A DNA stretch of 64,000 bases, from the NCBI GenBank assembly GCA_964187785.1, contig OZ076418.1:34596001-34660000 (forward strand), read 5' to 3'. Position 1 is the stretch's first letter. Each line of letters opens with the position of its first letter. This document shows positions 54,925 through 64,000 of this stretch, piece after piece. A model generated the notes under the pieces. That model had not been told where the DNA came from. It searched no databases and saw only the letters and a list, made by a program, of their open reading frames with translations. This DNA is from Amphiscolops sp. MND2022. Taxonomy: Eukaryota. Both the position numbers and the translations under genes were made by a program.

Positions 54925-57266
54925 ATGTCGTCCAATGAAGATATAACTCCTGGAAACCCAACCAAGGAAACAACCAAAAATCAAACAACGGCAGAAATCG
55001 CTAAGGAAGCTGTTCCAAATGAAAATGCCCCTACTGGACGATCTCCCTCGTCGAATTCAAGTGGGTCCAATGCCGAAAGCCTGAGTGCTTACGCTGAGCG
55101 GACCGTGGCTACCATTGTCCAGAGAGACAACGAGTCTTCCGAGCCACTTCCCAAGAGTGCTGCCCAAATTGAAGCCGAGCCAAATAATGTACTGTCCCAA
55201 AAAGAATCAGTTTCCGACCTCATGGAGATCAGCACTCCCCTGACAACAGATGCAGTAGAAGAGACCAATTTGGGAGGAGAGGATTTAGAGGATACCCCTG
55301 GACACTTCGCTCAGGACCCATACTCTACTGACACGAGCGAGTTCGGGGAATTACTTGATGGATCAGGAGTTAGTGGTCCTACTCTACAGGGCGCCAACAA
55401 CATTTTCGTCACACTCCCCTCGCCATCCTCAGGAGATGACGCTGAAGCAAAGAGGGGGAATTCAAGCAGCGACGATTTGCTAGATGAACCACTCAGCACA
55501 AGCAAAGCTACCGCTACACCCAGGCAGCTTTCCATCACCGGGCGAGCAGCTTTACGCAAATGCTTCACGGAGAATAGACCCATCGATATTCCCGTTAGCC
55601 AACCTGTCATTGCCCTAAGTGAAGGGCAGATGCATACGGTCCTTCGCACCATCTCGGACGAGTCACTCCTTTCATCTTTCCATTTGATGAAATCCCTGCT
55701 CCTTCAAGCCGCTGACGGAAAAGTCATCTCGAAAGAGCGTTGTCGCCATGTAAGGCGTGCCGGCACTCCAGGCCCTGGACAACAATCTAGCTCTGAAGGA
55801 GAAAGCAGCGGGGAAGACTGTGCAAGCGGCAGTTATACAAGTGGTGCCATCAACTCAGATGACGCTCTAGATAGTTTGGATTTCCATATCGAGCACAATT
55901 ACTCGCCAACTTCGCCTAGCTTCAGACCACAATCTCAACCGACCAGAACTGCTACTCCAATGTTGCCAACAAGTCCTGGTAGTGGGTACAGCGCCGAGGA
56001 TTATGCCCCATTGGCCACATTATTTCCCAAATCCACAGGAAACAAGACCCCAACTAAACCAGCACGAAAACGCCAGAAAATATCCGGACGACCAGGGAAA
56101 GTCATGAAGGAGTCCTACTTCAAAGGAATCAAATGGACTAAAACTTTCGTGACTGGGCCTTTGGATCCTGCCCACAATCAACACAAGTTCTATTGCCAAA
56201 TTTGTAAGACCAATGTTTCCATCAAGACAAAAGGGGCGCGGGAAATCATCAGACATTATCAAGGCGAGGCTCATCTGAGGAAAGACCAGAGATGGCGCTT
56301 TGAACACTTAAGCGTGACAGATAAAGTGACTGGCATCACTCGACACCAGGTCCGGGGAAAAGACGGACGAATCTTGACTCCTTTGGAACTTGAGCGAGAG
56401 AAACCCCTCTTTGAAAATGCACCACAAGTCGACGTGGGGGAGAGGTACCACTTTTATGATGAATATTTAGCCAATTCGGAAGGACAGCAGACTACAGAGG
56501 ACCAGCGTGCCAGCGTTCAAATAGCTCTCGTTGGGAATTTTGTTCCCTACGATGGCAACATCTCGCTGCTACAGACATTGTGGTCCCAAGTAGGGGAATA
56601 CATGAATCACAAAGAGCAGTTCTCCCCTTTTGATTGGAGTTCAGCCACAATGACAGTAAGTCTCTTTCTTTTGGTGGTTGAAATGAGGTTCTGCTTTTTC
56701 CATAGCTAACAAGATCTTTCATTTTGGTTTAGGTGATATCTCATCACATCTTTACCTGTGCCATTGAGGATATGTCTCACCACATTGCTCTGAACGACAT
56801 GTATGCCCTTGAGTTTGAAGCAACCGGAAGAAATCAAACTATGTCAGTCCGTTTTTGGAAAGAGAACACCTTGGTCCGGGTCCCGTTGTTTCGATGTCCT
56901 TTGGTTGCCGGGTTTCCCTCCAACTTCATTACGGGACTGTCTCGACTCCTTTCAGTCATCTCTTTCAAGCCTGGCCTCGTGAGCGTGTCCGGTTGTCCCG
57001 CTTCTCTGGTTCGGACCTTGGACAATTGTGGTTTATTCTCACGCGGGGTTCAGTACCCATTTCGATTCGACGTGCTGTCTCTGCAGGCCTTGATGTACAA
57101 AGAAGGAGGAAGTGTCTTTGGGCCAATGGATTTTTTCTCACAATTGCGATATTTGATCGTGTTCCTCAGCGGCATTTTGACAGAGCCCTGGACGCTGGAA
57201 TCGCCTGAACTGACAAAGGACTTCAATACCTATGTGAGCCTCGTGACGATTCACCATCCTCCATGA
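54925..57266 (+). CDS. Spliced 754-aa protein (exons 54925-56655 and 56733-57266): disordered N-terminus, C2H2/BED-like finger and degenerate hAT-transposase-like core
   Basis: Both ORFs are intact and join in phase 0 (577+177 aa). Finger FYCQICKTNVSIKTKGAREIIRHYQGEAH and NLS-like ARKRQK. YALEFEATG...MSVRFW resembles the hAT first-catalytic-Asp strand with the Asp lost. Confidence 0.8.
56656..56732 (+). other. Predicted phase-0 spliceosomal intron (77 nt)
   Basis: ACA|GTAAGT donor, GCTAAC branch site (56705-10), TTTAG|GTG acceptor exactly at the start of ORF 56733. Confidence 0.85.
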
Positions 57267-57598
57267 ACACGTCAATGGAAGCGGTGGCAAGTCATTTCGA
57301 CGAGATGGTCCTTGCCGAGCCACCCTCCTTAGTCAACTACTCAGACTGCGTAGTATGCGGGAAATCAGTCAAACAAATTCAAGAAGAGACCGTCAACGAA
57401 TACCTGGACAGGACAGTAACTGTAGGAGAGACTTTGGCTGAGACTCAGGCAAGGAGGAGGGCATTCCTAGATGGCATGAACGCAAACGCTTTTCTACTTA
57501 TGCCAGGGGGAGTGTCGCGGGCTGCCGCCTGCGACGGCAATTGGTACTCAGTCGGATACAACTACAGTACTCTCCCTGGTACCCTCCCAATGAACTGA
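57263..57598 (+). CDS. Small 111-aa protein with a CxxC motif, overlapping the upstream stop (ATGA)
   Basis: ATG 57263-65 overlaps TGA 57264-66. Intact ORF with DCVVCGK and coding-like composition. No recognised family. Confidence 0.65.
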   Translation: MNTSMEAVASHFDEMVLAEPPSLVNYSDCVVCGKSVKQIQEETVNEYLDRTVTVGETLAETQARRRAFLDGMNANAFLLMPGGVSRAAACDGNWYSVGYNYSTLPGTLPMN

Positions 57599-57755
57599 GG
57601 AATGGACTATTAGTCCAAAAGTCTAAGAAGACAAACTATAAACTTATCTTATTGTGATTGATTTCGCATATGTTTATATAAGTATATCATTTTATTCGGG
57701 GCTTTTATATTAATGAAGTTTGAAACGCTTTGGAATAATTATCCGGAACTAGCCA

Positions 57756-59242
57756 TGTAAAGTATGTAGTTGAAAATTGAATATAGCGTATTAATACATG
57801 TATAACAGTGATAGATATATACCACGGTTGAGAAATTGGACACCAAGGCGTACAGGTAAAGGAAACGAGTTCAAATGTTTCCTTTCCTGTCTCGCTAGAC
57901 GCGCTGTCCGTCCAATTTCTCAACCAATCACATTGTTCATTTGCTCGCTCCTGTGCTGTATTCTAAATTAAAGGACTCAAGGGCCACACGCCACCACAAC
58001 GACGCTACTCTTGTATTAAATAAAGACGCGTGGACACTGAGTCCAAAGTAGAATAAAAGAAGTGCGTATATTGAAATTGATAATGTACTATCTCAGAAGC
58101 GGTATATTTACTCTGATTGGAGATCTGTCACCTTGTTTACAAAAGGACCATTAGTCTTTCCCCCCTCTTTTGTGTTCTCTTATTTTCCAGAACTTCCTGG
58201 ATAGAAAGTCAAAACGAGCTGTTTGTATCTTAAGAAGCCACAAAGGACAGCTTAATGTTCACACACCATCTTTGCATGTATTTATTTCATATGATTTAGC
58301 ATGTATTGTTTTACATGAAGTGTTGCTACTGAAACTTAATTGGATGGCCTGAAGGGGCACATGTACATCTTTGAATGTAACCACTTCATATATGTAGAAG
58401 CACGTAAATCAATTACGTCATGGTTGTTGCTATTTTAAGTATTACGATAATATACTTGTAAAGACACGTTGTATGTTGTTTTTAGAATACCTGTTACTAA
58501 AATTAGACTGATGACTACCACTATTATGCATGTCATGTTTGGATGATTATAAATAACCGGGACCCGTGGTCCTGGGGACATAATCTTCATACGACAAGTC
58601 ACAGTCAAGTTCGCTGTTATAATACCGAATACAATATTATTTGCAAGCTTAAAGATTTCAATTCAAATTCTTTCCTCTTGCAACAATCTCTCATGCCTTC
58701 TACGAGACGTCAAAAGGCGAAAGCTAGAAAGTCTAGAGAATTGGACATGATGTCCGATATTGACAACTTGGACGTAATGTTAGGTAATGGGAGTGAAAAT
58801 CCCATAGAGAGAGAATTAACTGAAGCAATTGAACAATCTTCAGTTCGTAGTGGCAGTGAGGCTAATCTGTACCAAAGGGATGAATATAGAAACTTCTCCC
58901 ATGAGAATAGTGAGTACAGGCAGAACGATGTTAGGCAGTCCTTTGAAACTTTCTCAAATGAATTTAATCTTAGACTGTCTCAAGAAGTGGATTCCATGAT
59001 GGCCATGGTACATAGTCAAATAAATAGGGCAATCAGTACTGCCATATCAGAAAAGGTGCTGCCAGAGATTCAAAATATTGTGAGTTCAATGTCTTCCTCT
59101 GGGAACAGGGACACTGAGACTAGCATGTCCCCTAGCAGTCAGGAAAATAGGGAAAATCCATCCGGCTTGAAAACAAAATTATTGAAAAAGGACTCGCGGT
59201 CCGTTGGTGATTTGAGAGACACCGCGGGACGTGGCTCTTACA
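57756..59242 (+). mobile_element. Long LTR (~1487 bp) of a near-intact Ty3/Gypsy element continuing past the window end
   Basis: TGTAA...TTACA terminal inverted repeat, immediately followed by a PBS. AATAAA at 58019-24. The 5' boundary is inferred from the terminal repeat only. Confidence 0.7.
57826..57925. promoter_or_regulatory. Nested stem-loop within the LTR
   Basis: Perfect 16-bp outer stem GGTTGAGAAATTGGAC/GTCCAATTTCTCAACC. Inner stem ACAGG(T)AAAGGAAAC/GTTTCCTTTCCTGT with a 10-nt loop. Confidence 0.7.
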
Positions 59243-60381
59243 TGGTGACAGGAGCTAACGAAGCCCAAAAGCCTATACCTGAATTTCTCACTGGACGAAT
59301 CCACTCAATCCCGAACCTAGAGAGACAGCAATCTAACCACAATGTCTCTTTGGACACCACTCTGCCAGCGCCAGAACCAGAGGTCACAGAGCCGCCTCAG
59401 GACCCGCTCAATAGATTGGCTGATGTACTAGTCAATTTGCAAAATAAACCCCAAACGATGACTATCCGACCTGTCCAAACGACACCTATGACGTTTGACG
59501 GAAAGAGTGAGAAATTCGAACTCTTTGAAGATTTGTTCCACACAATGATCAAAATGCAACCGGCCATGACAGAGCAAATGAAAATAAACCATTTTCACTC
59601 ATTGCTCAGAAAAGGGGCCCTGCAGACCTTCAGGAACATAAACTCAATTAACCGTCAAACACTCGAGGATGTGCTAATCATATTCCGGAGAAAATACGTC
59701 AAACCGGAATCCCAAGCAACAGCAAAACACAAATGGCATCGGCTGACTTTCGATCCGAATACCATGAAATTGCCGGATTTCTTGGAAGAACTGAACCAGG
59801 GGGCAGAAAAAGCTTTCGGCGAAAATGCAAAAAGCATGATTGACAGCTTATTATACGCAAAACTGCCTCCAAAATTGAAACGATCTGTCAATATGGCCCG
59901 CCTGGAGAACGGGACATATGAAGAAATCGTCGCTCATCTTGAAAGAGAGCTTGAACTCAACGCATTAGAAGAGTCAGACGATTTGCCAATCGCCACAATG
60001 GCCTCTGCGTCCACCAGTAACAACAATTTGCTCTCTAATGGCATAAATACTAATAAGGACGCACAATGCTCTTATTGTAAAGCCACAGGCCACTTTTATA
60101 AGAGCTGCCCCAAATTGAAAAAGAAGAAAGAACTGGAGGACAAAAATGGCAAAAAGCCCCAACGTCCTAGATACCCAGAATGCCCTACTTGCGGAAAGAA
60201 AAATCACCCTGTTGAAAGATGCTGGAAAGGGGCTGGAGCACATTTACGACCCAAAAGGACACGTCCTGAGGATAAGGCTGATGACACCTCTGGCGATGAA
60301 AAATCGTCCAAAAAGTCAACTAACCCTGAAACTACAACTTCAGGCCAATCAAACTCACGTAAAACGGACTCAAAAAACTAA
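58693..60381 (+). CDS. gag: Gag (562 aa from MPSTRRQK; ORF open from 58543) with two CCHC zinc knuckles
   Basis: CSYCKATGHFYKSC and CPTCGKKNHPVERC. Capsid-like core FDGKSEKFELFEDLF...HFHSLLRKGALQTF. Confidence 0.92.
   Translation: MPSTRRQKAKARKSRELDMMSDIDNLDVMLGNGSENPIERELTEAIEQSSVRSGSEANLYQRDEYRNFSHENSEYRQNDVRQSFETFSNEFNLRLSQEVDSMMAMVHSQINRAISTAISEKVLPEIQNIVSSMSSSGNRDTETSMSPSSQENRENPSGLKTKLLKKDSRSVGDLRDTAGRGSYMVTGANEAQKPIPEFLTGRIHSIPNLERQQSNHNVSLDTTLPAPEPEVTEPPQDPLNRLADVLVNLQNKPQTMTIRPVQTTPMTFDGKSEKFELFEDLFHTMIKMQPAMTEQMKINHFHSLLRKGALQTFRNINSINRQTLEDVLIIFRRKYVKPESQATAKHKWHRLTFDPNTMKLPDFLEELNQGAEKAFGENAKSMIDSLLYAKLPPKLKRSVNMARLENGTYEEIVAHLERELELNALEESDDLPIATMASASTSNNNLLSNGINTNKDAQCSYCKATGHFYKSCPKLKKKKELEDKNGKKPQRPRYPECPTCGKKNHPVERCWKGAGAHLRPKRTRPEDKADDTSGDEKSSKKSTNPETTTSGQSNSRKTDSKN
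59243..59255 (+). promoter_or_regulatory. Primer-binding site, located inside the gag reading frame
   Basis: TGGTGACAGGAGC directly after the LTR-terminal CA. One mismatch from a tRNA-Leu-type PBS (TGGTGTCAGGAG). Confidence 0.7.
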
Positions 60382-63300
60382 TTTCGCCACGACTCCAAAT
60401 ATGTAACAAGATGTCAGTACGACAGTACGTCATATCTGACCCTGCAAACATTACTTATAAACAAACTCAAAACGACACCACAGGGATGCCATCGACTGTC
60501 TGGCAGCAGCAGATGGCCGACGCCCGCAGAGAAACTCAATATATCATTCACAGTGATCACCCATACCTATATCGACGGAATAGCAATTACAACGACTCTG
60601 AAACTCAATTTAGACCCTTACAAACTGTCGAAGATTATAACCCTCAATACTATGACCCCCAGTATGGCAAAGACCCGTACTGGGACGAAGAACTATATGA
60701 CAAAACAAATTTACAATTTCGAAACGAAGATTACTCTCCAACTGACGACGCGGACGACCCAGACATTGAAGACAACAAACTGTCTCGGGCCCTCATTGAT
60801 CTTTGGCAGCCGAACTTTGAGGCAACTATACAAGAAGTAGACGCCATACACACACAGGAGGACCACAAGGCTCCTAATAGTCTTTTAGACGAGACAGCCT
60901 TCTTACACCTCCTAGTGACCAAAGAAGGAGAATTACCATACGTTCCCCTTTCAACAAACCTTGGACTTAAATTCAAACGACGAATGCTCTATTTCCCAAT
61001 GGACTTTGGGGAATTAACTCTAGATGGCCTGATAGACACTGGAGCTCACTCCAGTGCAATCCCGGAGGCAGACCTCAGGAAAATACGCCTGTTGGCCCCC
61101 CAATCCATTGTAAAAGAAGGTCCTGCCCCATCCTTCCAAATAATGGTCGCAAATGGAGACTTAGAAACCCCAAAGAGCACAGTCGAACTAAAATTTGAAG
61201 TGGGCGACATAGAATTTCACGAAATTTTCATTGTAATGGAAAAACTGTCAAGCCCCATAATTGGACTAATGTTCCTTCAAAGGAACCACACTGTCCTGGA
61301 CATGCGCCAAGGTATACTCAACTTTCCCTACTTCTCGATGCAACTCAAGACGGCTGACCATAAATACTCAAATGTTTTGGAACCCATCCTCAACCCTGAG
61401 GATGTCACAATTTCGCCCAATGACCATGTGGTCATACCCATTCAATCACAAATTTACGCAGAAAATGCAGTTACGGGCATATTGCAACCCAGCGATCTTC
61501 TGCACGAGGAAGGCGACATAACCTTCTGTGCCGCCATAGTCACACTACATGAAGGGGCTATGAGAATACACGTCAACAATTTCACTGATCAACCCTATAA
61601 AATAAAGAAAGGGATGCACATTGCAAACTTTTCAGTGATGACCCCTGAACAGATGAAACACGTCAGGCCAATAGACCCAGTGTCCACCTGGCACTTACTG
61701 AATGAAAATGAAGACGACGCTATTTATTATATTAGTAGCCTTCTTAAAGCTAACAGAAATAATGACCAATACGAACAATATTGGTTCCCGACGCCTGAAA
61801 ACCCAGGGGACGAAACGACCCATACCCCAATACAACAAAGAATTCTCAAAGAATTACGAAACCTGCAAAGTTTAGAACAACTCAACCCGCACGACGATGC
61901 GGAATCTCGTCGAAAATTCCTCAGCAATTTTGATTGGAAGGACTCAATGTTACAACAACATGAAATCAGACAAATAGAAACTCTATTAGTGGAATTCCAT
62001 GACATCTTTGCACGCCATAGATTTGACATTGGCGTCAATGAGGAATTTACGGTCAAACTGACCCCAAAGGACGAGTCGCCTGCTTACAGTCAGAGCCTAC
62101 CTACTCCGGTCAACCTCAAAGAGGACATATTGGTCGAACTGGCATTACTCCATAAATATGGGATTATAACAACACTACCATTCTCGAAGTACGCCAGTCC
62201 AATATTTGCGCCGAAAAAACCCAATGGAAAACTGAGACTGTTGGTGGATTTGCGGAAGATCAATAATCTGATTTCGGATGACTACGTCAATAACAACCAC
62301 CCAGTCAGCACCTTGATGGATGCGGCGCAACATATGGCAGGCAAAAAGCTCTTTTGCAAACTCGACTGTTCCCAAGCTTATCATTGCCTTCCTATGGCAG
62401 ACCAGAAATCGATTGAAATGCTAGCTTTTAACTTCGCCAGCAGGACATTTGCATATAGAAGATTGGCCCAAGGACTCAGTAGAGCCCTGTCGGCCTTCTC
62501 CAGTTTCATGAGAGAATACCTGGATCGTGTTATAAAAGCAGACCAATGTGCTCAATATGTGGACGATATCGGTGTCGCGGCGATAGACGCTAACCAGCTC
62601 GTCGTCAACTTAAGAGCAACGTTCCAATGTATCAGGGAAGCAGGATTGAAATTGTCCATGCACAAGTGCCATTTCGGCGCTACTGAAATTGACTTTCTTG
62701 GGAGAACCATTACACCTGAAGGCGTAAAACCCCAAAAAGAAAGAATCACTAATTTCCTGGAAAAGACGAAATTCCCGAAGTCCAAGAAGGCCCTACAACG
62801 TTATCTTGGTTTCCTCAACTACTACATGAATTATATACCCAGATTATCGGAAAAATTAGTTCCCTTCTTCCAACTGCTCAAGAAGGATGAGAAAGTCCTA
62901 GTGACAACCGAACTAGTTGAACAGTTCAATCAAATCAACAGAGATTTAGACAGGTGCAGTCAACTAGCGCTGAAACAACCACTGCCCAACAAACAGCTAG
63001 TCCTCATGACTGATGCAAGTTTTACGGCAGCCGGTTACGCCATACTGACCGAAGATGACCCAAATCAAAAATACACCTCTGTCAAGAAATCATATGCGCC
63101 AATTGCTTACGGATCAAAAACCGTTACTCCCTCTCAGCTCAAAATGTCGATATACGCAAAGGAATTCCTAGCCATATATTATGCGTTCAAAGAATTTGGA
63201 CATATCTTCTATCTTCTGGGGAACCCCTCAACCTGTGATCATTCTCACAGATAACAAATCGGTCACGAGGTTCTTCCAGACGAAAATAATCCCACCGCCA

Positions 63301-64000
63301 CTCTGGAATGCTTGCGATTTTGTCATTCAATTCAACTTTGTCATAGCGCACATTCCAGGCAAAAATAACACAGCGGCGGACTACCTGTCACGTATGGAAA
63401 TGGACCCTACTGAAAAGTTAGTCCTAAAAATACGTGAAGACGTCGAAACCCGACCGATTGAGGTCAATGTTCAATCAGCGGGAGTATCTGAAGAAGAGCA
63501 GGTCTTCTTTACTGAGGCAGACGATGAGACAGAGCAACAAATTTGGGAACGGAAACAACAATCCAAAAAGGACCTCATAGTCCCTGACACAGTAATCCAA
63601 ATTGACGCTATATCAGAAAATACCGTCGAAGAGATTACTAATTTCACGCAGAAATTAAGAAGAACAAATCAGATACTGCTTGAACAATCCAGAGACCCGA
63701 TTCTCCTCCAATTGAGGGCGAAACTTCAAAAAGAGGAATACTCGGAAGAAATCCTTCAACAGGATATTCGGTACAAGTGTTACTTGAACAACATAGACCG
63801 AATAATCCTCAAAGACGAGATAGTGACGCGGCAGTACTATGATGAAACCGGACAGGTCAAATATCATCAAATCTTATTGCCAAAGCATTTACTCAAAGAA
63901 TTATTACAAGCAATACATGGCACGGCACATCGACACCCGGGCATTTCTAAGATGCTACAGGAAATTCGCCAAAAATACTACTACCCCGGAATTGCAAAAC
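60363..64000 (+). CDS. pol: Pol (protease, dUTPase-like insert, RT, RNase H, start of integrase) with one frameshift at ~63210; truncated by the window end
   Basis: LIDTGAH (61035), LLVDLRKIN, KLDCSQAY, YVDD (62556-67), MTDAS. A 7-nt duplication ATCTTCT shifts the frame. The downstream frame is open to 64000 with NTAADYLSR and HGTAHRHPGISKM. Confidence 0.92.
60372..60378 (+). promoter_or_regulatory. Predicted -1 ribosomal frameshift slippery site A AAA AAC
   Basis: In gag frame immediately before the TAA (60379-81). The pol frame (-1) is open from 60363. Confidence 0.75.

Noticed and set aside
56656-56709. C-terminus VSLFLLVVEMRFCFFHS of the 594-aa ORF
   Set aside because: Best explained as read-through into the 77-nt intron.
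57180-57262. Calicivirus-type TURBS element upstream of the ATGA overlap
   Set aside because: The UGGGA core is absent from this interval.
54925-57266. Envelope (env) protein
   Set aside because: No signal peptide, furin site plus fusion peptide, or transmembrane anchor; it has a zinc finger and an NLS-like motif instead.
58543-58692. Gag start at the first ATG of the 612-aa ORF
   Set aside because: The first 50 codons look like AT-rich LTR sequence. MPSTRRQK at 58693 matches the basic N-terminus style of the ORF at 1001. Not proven.
60146-60406. Separate 86-aa protein bridging gag and pol
   Set aside because: It is in the third frame, overlaps the gag knuckle region, has no motifs, and the -1 slippery site already explains pol expression.

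Overview
This is AT-rich eukaryotic (invertebrate-like) DNA made almost entirely of nested mobile elements. I found no prokaryotic operons, rRNA, complete tRNA, CRISPR array or confidently recognisable host gene. Content: (i) several decayed Ty3/Gypsy LTR retrotransposons, many bounded by visible 5-bp target-site duplications (TSDs): solo LTRs at 157-1560 and 53129-53346, elements at 3703-8529, 25110-26408, 27415-29815 and 44138-52210, and a minus-strand pol relic at about 23.4-26.6 kb; (ii) non-autonomous DNA transposons: two hAT elements with 8-bp TSDs, one Mutator-like element with a 9-bp TSD, a TA-flanked MITE, a 312-bp foldback and a TIR element inside an RT gene; (iii) a compound satellite-like array at about 30-32.9 kb; (iv) a near-intact unit at the right end. 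That unit is an intron-containing 754-aa gene that looks like a catalytically dead hAT-transposase derivative, coupled by an ATGA stop/start overlap to a 111-aa CxxC ORF. These sit directly upstream of a 1.49-kb LTR that contains the first ~183 codons of gag, followed by a PBS, a predicted -1 frameshift gag-pol junction and a pol with a dUTPase-like insert. A second Gypsy family appears to carry a different, antisense accessory gene. Coordinates, TSDs, TIRs and motifs were read by eye. Family assignments rest on recalled motif patterns, not database searches, and identity values are visual estimates.
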